From: Klebsormidium nitens
Taxonomy: Eukaryota > Plantae > Klebsormidiophyceae
NCBI GenBank assembly: GCA_000708835.1
Contig: DF236954.1
Location: 62,001 to 126,000 of the forward strand
Direction of reading: 5' to 3'
Length of the DNA: 64,000 nucleotides
Positions 25,165-35,900 of this stretch are shown piece by piece (positions within the stretch are counted from its first letter, which is position 1; every line of letters starts with the position of its first letter). The notes beneath the pieces are model-generated. The model searched no databases. It saw only the letters and a program-made list of their open reading frames with translations, and was not told the DNA's origin. The translations under genes were made by a program, and so were the position numbers.

Positions 25165-26133
25165 ATGGAGACGCTGGATGCGCCTACCTTTGACGAAGTG
25201 CTGAAGCACCTTTCCGCAGAAGAAGCGTGCAGGCTGGCCGTCCTCTCACGCACTCTGAAGTCGCTGGTGAAGGAAAGCTTTGTTTGGAAGGTGTGGTGCG
25301 AGCGCGACTGTCCTTCACTAATGACTTCGCCTGCAAAGGAGCTTATGAGCGCGCACTATGGCGCGCCTGGGCACGGAGGCCAAGATTCCAAGTACAGGGA
25401 GTTGTATCTCAAGCTGTCAATGAACTGTTGTCTTTCTTTAGAGTCAAGCGAAGCCAATACAGGGCTCTTAAGATTCTCAGACTTCATCCTGTTACTAGAC
25501 GTCTATGAAAAAGGCAAAGGCGTGGTGTTCTGTTCAGCCGAGGGCTGTGAAGTGGAGCCTTCGGTGAAAGGATATCAAGAGGCGTGGGATTCTGAGAGAT
25601 ATCGGGGTGTTTGCCGAGCAGTGATCCGAGCAGCGCACGAGCCAGGAGCAGAGAAAACGTGGGGTTTCGATGATGTGACAGCAATATACTGTGGTGTCAA
25701 GCACCTTGAACCTTTGGGGCGCAATCCTTTTGGTGGCTTAAGGGTTCGCTGGCATGCAGAAGTTTCATTCTCTTGGAAGTTGATGCACAAGTTTGATGGG
25801 AGTGTCAAAATGCTGCTGGACCGGAAACTTATTGCCTGGAGTGACTATCAAGGCTACCACAGGGCATTAAGCCATGGCACACAGTGTTACATCAAACTGG
25901 AAGCCGTTGCAGATGTTCAAGTAACAAACATGATTCAGAGCCGGCGAAGAAAACTTCGGGCGTACATGTCTTTACGCAGTTATCGCCCGAACGCAAGCAG
26001 TCGTTGCAAACTGGATGCGGATTTGTCTGGTTGCGCCATAGAAGTAGAGCTCGTTGAACGAGGATCGTGGGAGATCCAAAAGCCGGAAGTGTTTCTACCG
26101 GTAGTGGGAAACGATAGTCAACATTGGCTTTGA
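25165..26133 (+). CDS. Intronless F-box protein, paralogue 2 (322 aa, divergent)
   Basis: N-terminal F-box-like segment METLDAPTFDEVLKHLSAEEACRLAVLSRTLKSLVKESFVWKVWCERDCPS. Shares DFILLLDVY...FCSAEG, FSWKLM..DG and the terminal W-L motif with the other two paralogues. Confidence 0.8.
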   Translation: METLDAPTFDEVLKHLSAEEACRLAVLSRTLKSLVKESFVWKVWCERDCPSLMTSPAKELMSAHYGAPGHGGQDSKYRELYLKLSMNCCLSLESSEANTGLLRFSDFILLLDVYEKGKGVVFCSAEGCEVEPSVKGYQEAWDSERYRGVCRAVIRAAHEPGAEKTWGFDDVTAIYCGVKHLEPLGRNPFGGLRVRWHAEVSFSWKLMHKFDGSVKMLLDRKLIAWSDYQGYHRALSHGTQCYIKLEAVADVQVTNMIQSRRRKLRAYMSLRSYRPNASSRCKLDADLSGCAIEVELVERGSWEIQKPEVFLPVVGNDSQHWL

Positions 26134-27908
26134 CGCAGATTTCGTAATCTTGGCTGGTCAAACGAGTAGAGTATCCTGAAGGCCCCTACATAATCTTATA
26201 TGCAGTAGTCGCGCCGTTTCTTGTAGTTCATGTCTCCTGCCATTGCAGTTTGATGAAACTCTTTTGTTCCAAAATCATGATAACTTGTTCCGAAAGGCAC
26301 CAGAGATTCTTATCGGCAAAACAGATGCACTTTCCATTTTCAATCCCAAGATCAGGTCGCAGGCTTTTTTCTGTCTTCAGCCCGGCCCCGTTCGTTGCTA
26401 CGAACGAAATGGCTTCTCATGCCGAGCTGTAAACCACGACTAGCTTCAAGAAATCCTGCAAAACATGAGGCTTCTTTTCAGCAAATTTGGAAGTCCAGAC
26501 CGTGCGTTAGTGATCTGTCCGCTTGAAGCGAACGTAAGGGAATCTCGTGAGACAGCCTAAGTTTTACTGCAGGGCTGTTCTGCAGTAAAAGTGCGATTTG
26601 CAGAGAGGATTCGTGACCTTTGACCCCCAGGATACCTTGTACCCCCGGCCGATTGAAGTGAAGCGACGGAAGACCGGTTTGATGCCATCATATATAGATC
26701 GCAGTTGGTTTTCGCAGAATCCTCCCCTGCTCATTTGGACTTCCACCTTACTGCTCACTGGCCCGTTTCATCCGCAGATGCGATTGCCAACGGTAGATTT
26801 AGCTTGGACGTAGTGAAGATTATCAGCTGTTTCGTCTCAATGGTCGTTCCGTAAGGAAACCTTTATTGGGCTCCCTAATTACTGGAGCCACTGGTCGAGC
26901 GCCCACCCAATATTGAATATGGTCGGACAGAATCTCCATGCCACGTATCCTAATCCGCAGTCTCGAGCTAATAGTACCTGAGACTATTCCATTTGCACAG
27001 AAGGTTTTGTTCGATTTGCGACGAAAGTGACTGTATACGTCTCTCTGCTTACCTTAGTGGCTTTCCCTCATTTATAGACTGTTGGATGAGAAACCGTTTA
27101 CATGATGACGAGGGGGACTTTCTCGGCGAATCCTGTCTTGACCAAGGGGTCAGTAAAATGCGCTCCCTTGTGCGGGGAAGACCTCAAATGATGGTAATGA
27201 TCGTATCGTACTCAGCAATTGCTCTCATCAAGCGGTGAAATTGCTTCTGGCACTTAAAAACGGCGGTTCTGGATCCAGTACTCGCATGGAACTTTTGAAA
27301 TCTCAATAAGTCGTAATTGGACCTGCCATCATTCTACACAATCAATCTTCAAAGCTAGCCAGATTTGAATACGGTCGGGCGGCCGTCGCGTCGGCTTAGA
27401 TACAAGGGCAAGTATATGTTCCGCCACATTGAAACTCCTTGAGAACAGGTTGAGGACCCGGCTCGCCACGTATATGCGGCAACATGACAGTCAATCTCCC
27501 AAAGAAGGAGGCTGACATAGAGCACTTCCACGTTACGTCACGAGCACTGCACTTTCGGGAACTATGATGAAGCAGAAGGCTGTAGTTCATGATGGATGTG
27601 AGCGCCTAACAATCAAACTCAGTCCACACAGAATCGAGTAGATTCTTCAAGCTCTCATCTCAGAATCTTGATTTAGACCCATGTTGTCAGACCGTTGTCT
27701 TTCATGACGAAGTGGACAACATGGCTTGATTATCAACTGCTCATCGTACTGGTGGCGGATTGCCGTTATCTTCAATATGACTCGTATTCTTGCTTACAAA
27801 AATCCTAGGATGGCCAAGCTTCCGTTTACTAAACTGTTCCAAAAATCCGGTGATCTGTTCTTCATGTGCTCTCTACGTGCTGCGCACCATGTCTTAGAGC
27901 AGGTGCCG

Positions 27909-28934
27909 TTAGATCCAGTTTTGGAGATCTGGTGCTTCATGAAGAACCTTCAAGATGTCTTCCAGTCGCATATAGGTTGCCCCAGTATAGAAGGTATTGT
28001 TTGGATCAGCAACAGGTCGCGGATATTGGAAGGATTCGTCAAGTGACTTCCAGCTAATGAAGCCGACCTCCACAGCAAGCTCCTCGAAAAGAAGGTACTC
28101 CCAACCATCCGACAAGCTGCCGGAGAAGCCTGAGAGCCATTTGCGGCGATTATAGCACCGAAGGCGCATCATCGCTGCAGCACAGTCCCACACTTCAGAA
28201 AAACCAGCCTCGCCGTTTAATACAAGCTTCCGAACGAGCAGTTGCTGTAGGTATGTCGCTGCTCGCAATCGGTGGTAACGCGCTGCTCCATTTTCGGGAA
28301 CCACAAGAGACTCGTAGGTCGCGCACCTGTGATGCAGCAAAGTTTGCAGCTTTCCATCGGCCTTGCGAATGAGTTTCCAGGAGAACGATAAGACTGCATC
28401 TTTATCGTGCACAGGAATGGCAAATCGCCGCCTGATGGTCTGTTCAACATCACTTGGACGCGTCCCCTTGACCACTGCCTTGCATCCAACATTTTTGGGA
28501 TGCTTGAACTCCCACTCTTCCTGGCAGCCCTGGAACTCCTCTTCAAGCTCGCTGCTTTCAGCTGAACAAAACACACAACCAACTCCGTCCAGATAAACGT
28601 CCATCAGCATGACGTAGGCTGAAAAGTGTGAAGGAAGAGGCCCTCTCTGAGGAATATCGCAATCCTGAGTTTTCCTTGGCCTTTTCGCTCTTAGTTTTAG
28701 GAAAAGCTCCTTGTAGAGGCGCCCCCCTGCACTCCCACCATAGTGTTTGATCACGACCTCCCGTGCTGGAGATGTTGTAATGGAGGGGCTGTGGCGTTCG
28801 CAAAAGGTCTTCCAGGCAAGGCTTTCGTCTAAGGCTTGCTTGAACGATCTTGAGAGAAGAGTTAGACTGCAAGCTTCCTCGGGCGTAAGAAAGGATAGGA
28901 GGTAGTCAAAAAGAGGAGCATCAAGCGCCTCCAT
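27909..28934 (-). CDS. Intronless F-box protein, paralogue 3 (341 aa)
   Basis: Intact ORF MEALDAPLFDYLLSFLTPEEACSLTLLSRSFKQALDESLAWKTFCERHSPS... Long identical stretches with paralogue 1, e.g. FCSAE.SELE.EFQGCQ.EWEFKHPKNVGCKAVV and LHEAP.L.NWI*. Confidence 0.85.
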   Translation of the reverse strand: MEALDAPLFDYLLSFLTPEEACSLTLLSRSFKQALDESLAWKTFCERHSPSITTSPAREVVIKHYGGSAGGRLYKELFLKLRAKRPRKTQDCDIPQRGPLPSHFSAYVMLMDVYLDGVGCVFCSAESSELEEEFQGCQEEWEFKHPKNVGCKAVVKGTRPSDVEQTIRRRFAIPVHDKDAVLSFSWKLIRKADGKLQTLLHHRCATYESLVVPENGAARYHRLRAATYLQQLLVRKLVLNGEAGFSEVWDCAAAMMRLRCYNRRKWLSGFSGSLSDGWEYLLFEELAVEVGFISWKSLDESFQYPRPVADPNNTFYTGATYMRLEDILKVLHEAPDLQNWI

Positions 28935-28994
28935 TCTGAAAGCTCAGGTGCAGAAGTACACTCTTCTGATCAGTTGAACCTGACAGTGAAGGAG

Positions 28995-29125
28995 CCCTCT
29001 GGCCGCGCGCCGCGCAGCCCGCCCATCGGGTATTCGACGCGCACGCGGCCGCGCTTGAAACCCTGGATTTTGCTAAGACTAAGAAGGCGGCCGCGCAAGC
29101 GTGCGCCAGAATGAAGTCGCGCGGC
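28995..29125. promoter_or_regulatory. GC-rich promoter-like segment co-duplicated with F-box paralogue 3
   Basis: Homologous to 24870-25025 and at the same position relative to the minus-strand F-box start. Confidence 0.45.
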
Positions 29126-29499
29126 GGCTCTCACACCAGCGTGCAGTAGTGACTACTACTGTAGTCAGAAGTCAGACAGACATTTACATACACGAGGCTC
29201 CTTTTACCTAAGCAAGCCGCAGGGCGGTCCCCCGGATCTCGCAGCGAAGCGCCTTTGTTCAAGGGTTTTGATTTGCCATATTGCGGCACCAGAGAGCGGA
29301 CGTGCGGGGCGTTCATCGTCAGTTCGTTGAACAAACGGCGTCTTCGTTTCTCTTGTCGCCCTGGCCAAGCTGATCTAGACGGTGTCTGAGATTCGGCGCA
29401 TCGCCTGGCGACGGCCTGACGAACTTTCGGGCCTTTCTTAAAGCTTTCCGTCAGGTTCAAAGAAAGGTCAATGGTCAATCCGGAGTCAATCGTCTGCAG

Positions 29500-29949
29500 T
29501 TGAATGGCGGTTCAACAGGCTGTTTCCAATTGGCTGAGCAGCATTTTCTTCACGCCAGAGTACCTAGAGCACAAACGCACCTCGCAGCGTCCGAGAGCGT
29601 CCGGTTGGCAGCAGCGCAGCGATGCGGCAGAGTGGACCGCAGCTCACAGGCGAGTGGTTATGTGAGAGAGCTTCACACCCGAGACCTCAATGCGCTCTGC
29701 CGCAGATGTATTAATGCGAGCGACGCTGAAGCAGTGACACTGCAGCAAGCAATTGACAAGGCTTGGGCCATTATGCGCGAGATCAACGACCATGGAGCGG
29801 CACTACTGGAGGCATACGACACGGGCCGTGACATCGACTTTGACTCCAATTTTTGGCGAGAGCACGAGGAGCTACTGCGGCGACTTCCTGAGGCTCTGCA
29901 CCCGGCGAGCGTCGCCACCGGCCCGAGCTTTTGCAAGGAGAGCACCTAA
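29500..29949 (+). CDS. Orphan ORF (149 aa from TTG), helical-looking C-terminal half; function unknown
   Basis: Reads RDLNALCRRCINASDAEAVTLQQAIDKAWAIMREINDHGAALLEAYDTGRDIDFDSNFWREHEELLRRLP, which has protein-like composition. No ATG start and no recognised family. Confidence 0.25.
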   Translation: MNGGSTGCFQLAEQHFLHARVPRAQTHLAASESVRLAAAQRCGRVDRSSQASGYVRELHTRDLNALCRRCINASDAEAVTLQQAIDKAWAIMREINDHGAALLEAYDTGRDIDFDSNFWREHEELLRRLPEALHPASVATGPSFCKEST

Positions 29950-30973
29950 TGCAACAAGAGCACACTCGGCATAAGAAAACGAGAGAAAATTGCATTAGCA
30001 AACGCATGACCGGACTCAAGCCGCTTGATTGGCAGCTAGATTCGAGCTAATGTCTGTACACCAATTTTGTAGATACCCGGTAGATCATTGGTTTGGGCCT
30101 AGTGTCATATAGGAGGACGGTGGCTGCGGCGGCAGCTTCGTGGGGACCGTACTTTGGCTTTGGTTCAAGTGTACTGCAGTTGAGTTTGTGTTCTTCCACC
30201 GTCGCGGTTTGTTGTCTTGCAAGCACATGGATTGATTTCAACCAAGACGCCTGCGCCCGGTGTCGCGCCTCCCGGTTAACAAGAGTCCTTAATGCATCGT
30301 GACGTAGAACATCATGAGCTCCCTCTAATTGGAGCATCCATATAGCTCGCGAGCAGGCAGCGTTCAGGCGCATCGACTCATTGCCGCGCCAATTCCAAAA
30401 CGCCATGCGCCGCAGGGCCGTGATTACAGAAAGAAAACGCTTGAGGGAGTAGCTACTTGCGACCAGACATGTTAGACGGACGCTTTCGCTCATCATCATG
30501 CAAGACAGTCATGCATGGGCCACGAATATTGTTTGAAGTCACACTAGGCCGAGTCAGTAAAATTTTTGTTGCATGCATGGTTTTGCGTTCAAGGGTTGAA
30601 CATCATCGTACGGTATCCTCTAGGGGGCTGACTTCTACGCTGGGCCGCCAGCACGCGTAAGTCGTCGGTCCTACACGTACAGTCGCTCTATCTTTGAATG
30701 GGACTTGATACACCGATAAATCAGCACGGTGATCACACGGCTAATCCCTATCAGCTCTACAGAGATCTACGTCAAACGTCTGCAACAGCGATCTGTGGGC
30801 ACGTAGTTCTACAAAGGGCGATTAGTGCAATCAGACTCTTGTCAAACTTGCGCAAGCCGTACATATGATACACCCGCAGAAAGCTACAGCTCCTATGACG
30901 ATTCCGGGATAAGTTAGGCGGTCCTATTGCACCTACTCCTCACTTTATCCTGCAGTCGTTACGGTCCGCTTTA

Positions 30974-32319
30974 TCACGAAGTGGTTCCGTTGGGGGCCGG
31001 GGTCAGCGCAGCATATTGCAGCTGCCAGTTGCTGGAACCAGAGGCTGCGCTGCCATTAACGGTTCTGTTGGTATACACCCACAAAAGCGTAGCGTACATG
31101 TTCCCTAGCTGCACAAAAAGCGGAAGCGAAGGTCAGACATCCGAAAAGAGATTCTGGGTTCGCAGAAGATGAGTGACCGTGAGACAGAAACTCTCTTTTG
31201 GGGAGAACAGAGACCGTGACAAAGCAGGGAACGACCACACTCGAAATAGAGACGTTTGATTTTCTGGCTGGGCGCCGATTCAGTTCCGGGGGCCGTAGTG
31301 CTCGACTATTGCAAAGGCGTCGAAAAACAGCCCACAAATTTAGGGGCACTCAAGAAGTCTCCCTAAGGAGCTCTGAATGGCGTCTGACAATGATACGAGA
31401 GCTCTCGGTTCGTTGAACCCGCCATGCGTATAGCATAGCTGACGTCAGCTGCCACGACAGCAGCCCCACAGACTACGCTATCGTCAAACCAGGAGCAACT
31501 CACCGCGTTTGCCGGGAACTCTTCGGTGACCAGTACGGACGTGGGGTCGACCTTGAAGAGGCTCTTCAGGACGGGGCTGGACACATTGCCCTTTACTGCG
31601 CTTAGGAAGGGCGCCAAAACGGTCACGTTGCCGTACCTGGGGAATCGGATGGGCAGCGGTGTGAATAACCGCGAGGCAAACGCCAAGAGCTCAAATACAT
31701 TAAAAGAGCCACGGCGGATGAATCGACTCAGCTCGAGGGAAGATATTAGCGAAGTGCAAGCGAAGCTTCGACGAAGCGCAAGTTGTTGACCTGAGTTCAG
31801 CATCAGGCTGCAGCAAACCCGTGTAAAGACAGACGCCCGCGGCACGAAGGTAAACGAACCAGCAGGGCTGGCGGCTTGAGTGCGCCTCTGTAACAGCTTA
31901 AGAAGCACACCGTCGGAAACGCTCAAGAGCTCTCCTTGAGGCACCTTAACCAAGCGACTAATGCTCCAACAAATCGACGGAAGTACCACGCCAGACATTA
32001 CCCAAAAAAGTCTCGTACTAAGCGCGTTCCGTACAGATGCCGAAACGCCGAAAAGTCGACCTCTCTGTGATTGCTGAGGAGTAGCAATCACAATCACAAA
32101 GGAAGATAGACGTAGCTTACCCCAAAGGTCCCGGCAAGTTCGGCGCGTACAGGATACTGGTGTTTGTCACCAGGGGGAGGACCGCTGTCAGGTTGCCTTG
32201 CTGGAGGGCGGCCACCAGGGTGGCCGTCCGGGCTAGAACGTCGCTGCTGTTTGCGGGGGCGGGGGAGGGGGCGAGCGCGGAGGTTATGACTGGGAGGGTT
32301 GGCGAAACCGTTGCTTGGA
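30974..32319 (-). CDS. Three exons encoding a Pro/Thr linker plus an NTF2/SnoaL-like domain; no start codon of their own, probably an alternative 3' end of the upstream Cys-repeat gene
   Basis: Exons 32121-32319, 31504-31636, 30974-31108 are phase-consistent. They read ...SSDVLARTATLVAALQQGNLTAVLPLVTNTSILYAPNLPGPLGYGNVTVLAPFLSAVKG...GNMYATLLWVYTNRTVNGSAASGSSNWQLQYAALTPAPNGTTS*. The acceptor at 32320 has a pyrimidine tract of about 105 nt. The fold call is pattern-based. Confidence 0.65.
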
Positions 32320-32985
32320 CTGGAGAAGCGTTGATGGAGCGGAAGGGAGATAGGTTGCGAGGGCGGAAAAGGAAGAGTTTGAAGGAGTGGATTGAGGGGA
32401 GGGAAGAAGGGGAGGGGACAGGAGAGAAGAATGCGTCAGTCTAGATAAACGGAACAATCCGAAGGGCGAAAGAAGTTGCTAGCATATGAGGGGAAGCAAT
32501 AATGTCCAAGTTCGGAGATAGAAAGAGAAGCGAAAGGGGTCAAAAAAGCGGTGAAGGTGCAACGAGAAGCGAGCCACCAAACCGTCCTATGGGGATTTGC
32601 ACAGGGAAGCATGAAACAAAAGATAATGAAGGTGGGTGCGGTGTGTGTGAATGCGAGCATGTGATGAAATTGGGGAGCGTCTTGCTATACGCAACTGCAA
32701 TCTATACAACAAATGTGTGTGGCAGAGAGCTGTGGCGCAATGGTAACGTGTCCCGTGTGCAAAGCAAGCGGCGACAGTGCGCAACGAGTGAGTGAAGAGT
32801 GCATTCAACGTGCGTGAGAAATCAAAAATAAGGAACCCGCATGCAATATTCGTGGAATCACGCAAAACAAGATTCAACTCTCTATCCATAATCTATGTAC
32901 AGTTTCTATGGACACGTAGCCAATTAACACAAGCCCCGGCGCTAGCCTAGTCGTCGAAACTTAAATCATCGAACCCGCTGCTTTT

Positions 32986-35900
32986 TTACGCAAAAACTAC
33001 AAGCGCAGAAACCGCTGCACCGAGCACAACCATAATCCCAGACACACTGCCAATCGTAGCCCCTCCAGCGGCTGCGGCGGGCGACCCCGCGCCGCTCACA
33101 CCAGAACTGCTCGTCAAAAGCACGCTCGAGTTCTGCGCCCCGGTCAGGCTAGCGAAGCCCCCGGGCACGGGTGACGTCACGACCGACGTACTTGTTGACG
33201 TCCCGGTGACGTTCCCTGGGAAGCGGACCTGGTTCCCGCAGTCCACCTCTTGGCCGTTCACCAGAAAGACGGCGTTGCAGCCGCCGCAGAGGTCGGAGAT
33301 GCAGAAGGCGGTCGGGAAGTTTTGGCACTTAAGGAACGCGCACGGGTCCGGGATGCACGGGCGACCGGTTGCTTTGGTGAAGGGCGCCGAGCCGTCGGGG
33401 CAGGGACAGCTGGCGGTGACCTCCCAACCCACGTAGTCGTTTGGTAGGCCCACCTGAGACAGGGACAAGATGGTGAGGTTTTTTGAACGCTCTTTCACGG
33501 TATCTAGTTACTGAAGGAGCGAGCAGCTTTTTGAACGCCCGTCTTCGGTACCTACTTCCTTTGGACAGGAGCAACGGCGTCTCGGGCGATTCCACCGAGT
33601 CGTTAGGCAGACCCAGTCGTCAAAGACAAAGCGTGTCAGGACGAAACATGAACGGCAGAACACGAAGTGCTTTCAGATTCTGAGGTACTGCCCCGGGCAA
33701 AGTTAGAAAGGATGGTAAGCTCGCCGTGCGAGTCAGCCCTCAGAGCAAGCTGGACAGGCCAGCCGAAATAGAGAGGCTCTCCAGATCGCGCCTCCTGTTC
33801 ACGCTCCTCTTTCGATTGCAGTACAGAAGACGTTTTATGACTGGACAATCAAATAGTAACACCTTTTAATGATGATCGTAAGAGCTCGAGTCCCCGCTCA
33901 CATTGAGGTTGTACTTGGCCTTGCAGCCATCGCACGCGTCCGCCACACACTGCGCCGTTGGGTAGCGTCCGCACAGCGGCTGTGAGCAGACGGAGGCGTT
34001 GCAGGGGCTTGCTGGGGGGGTTACGGGAGGGGCTTGGCCGTTGGGGCACGTCTGGCCCGCAGCGAACGGGTTCACGACGGCGGGCTTTGGAGGAGGGGCG
34101 TATGAGGCTGCAAAAAGGAAAAGGTGGTTAGCAAGACTGCCTTGCAAGCTGTTCTGACTAATCTACAACACACGAAGATTTTTGAAAGCCAAGAAAAAGG
34201 AAAGCGAAGGAAGTGAGGGTGGTCTCGGAGGGGCGGCTTACGAGGCTGAAAAAAGGAAGGGCGGTGAAAGTTGACTAGGTTATGATGAAATCCGAAGCAC
34301 CAAATGACAAGGGGCAAGGTTTCACGGGGCTTTTCTATGGGCAGGCGATGTTGTGGAAGGGACTCGCTGTCGAGTCGCTGCCGAGCTAAAGGGCGTCTTG
34401 CGAGAAAGTCGTTACCAGCATGCGGGACAGAAGTGCAGTTCATAGCCAAAAGATGATCAACAGTCCACGTGCCGGAAAAACCCCACAGTTCACCTCATCT
34501 CGACAGACCACTATCCAACGGCGAAGTGCAACAGGATTGTATACAGAAACAACAATTGTCAGCTGCATTCTTTCCTCGGTTCAATCTTAGGCTTTGTAAG
34601 GGCGACTTCATTGTAAACCCTTGAGAGCTGTACGATGGCTAATAAGAAGTTTCCCTCCATGCCATGAGGGCGTGGTTGCCAGCAATCCATCAATTTCCAC
34701 TGGGTCCGTGATTGAGACTCCAACCCAAGGCGCTTACTCGTCCCGCTCGTCTGCTTCCCGCTCTTCGGCAGGCTCGCTGCGCCCAACGAAGCCGGGATCA
34801 CTTGCGCGGCAACGGTAGCGACCGGCACCGTTGCGTTTGCTCCCGGGAACTTTGTCTGCACGCCGCAGTCGACCTCCGTCCCGTTGACCATGAAGACGGC
34901 GTTGCAGCCGTAACACGTGTCAACCAGGCAATAGGCGTTGGGAAAGGCGGGGCACGTGAGGAGGGAGCAAGGGGAGGGGGAGCAAGTTTGCGGCAGGCTG
35001 CCGTCGGGGCAGGTGCAGTTAACGCCCCAGCCAAACAGGTCGCCGGGAACGCCGACCTGGGGGGTGGTGAATGCGCGGGTGTGAATAAACGGGGAACTCC
35101 GGAATTGGCGGACTGCTTTAAGAAAGCGTGACTCTCTATGTTGGAACCTTACCCCCAACGTCAGCTTCAGCTGCTGTGGGGCCGTTTATGTAATTTCGTT
35201 AGCCGCCGTGAAGGAGCGTTTTGATTGGCTTCACATCACCGAAGTGGGACGTGCCTTAGACGAATCCTCGACGAAGCAAACACATTACCTTATCCACAAA
35301 GTCGCTCGAGATGTTGTTATCGACCCAAGTACACACTGAGCATAGCTTTTTGAAAGTTGTGCCATGATGATCGCACAAATCAGAAATCCGATCTGTCTGT
35401 CAAACGTACAGCATTGACAAGACACCACATCAGAGGATTGAGTCGACCCGCATTGAGAATTCGTTTCAGGGGAACTAACCTGCTCGTTGTAGTTTGGCAG
35501 GCACTTGTCGCACTGGTCAGCCACACACTGAGACCCAGGGTACCGAGGACACGATGACCGGGCACAGTCGAGCTCCGTGCACGCCCGGGGGGCACTTCCG
35601 TCAGGGCAACTCTGGCCCCCACTGACAAAGTTGACGGCCGGCTCGCTAAAGACAGGGGAAGGGGGGATCTTTGCTCCTGCAATTGAGGGGAAAGACTTGA
35701 TGAATAACCCGGATTGTGTTGACAAAATGGCAGGCCCCGAACTTTGTGATCAGGAGGTTTGCAGGATTCCGAATACTGCTTGAAAGGTCGGCTGACGGCC
35801 GGGCTCCATTGAGCAGCAACAGCGAGTCTTCTGATCTTTAGCTGTGACTACTTTCAGATAATGACGGTGAAAAACAACGTAGAGTCAAGTCAGCATAAGT

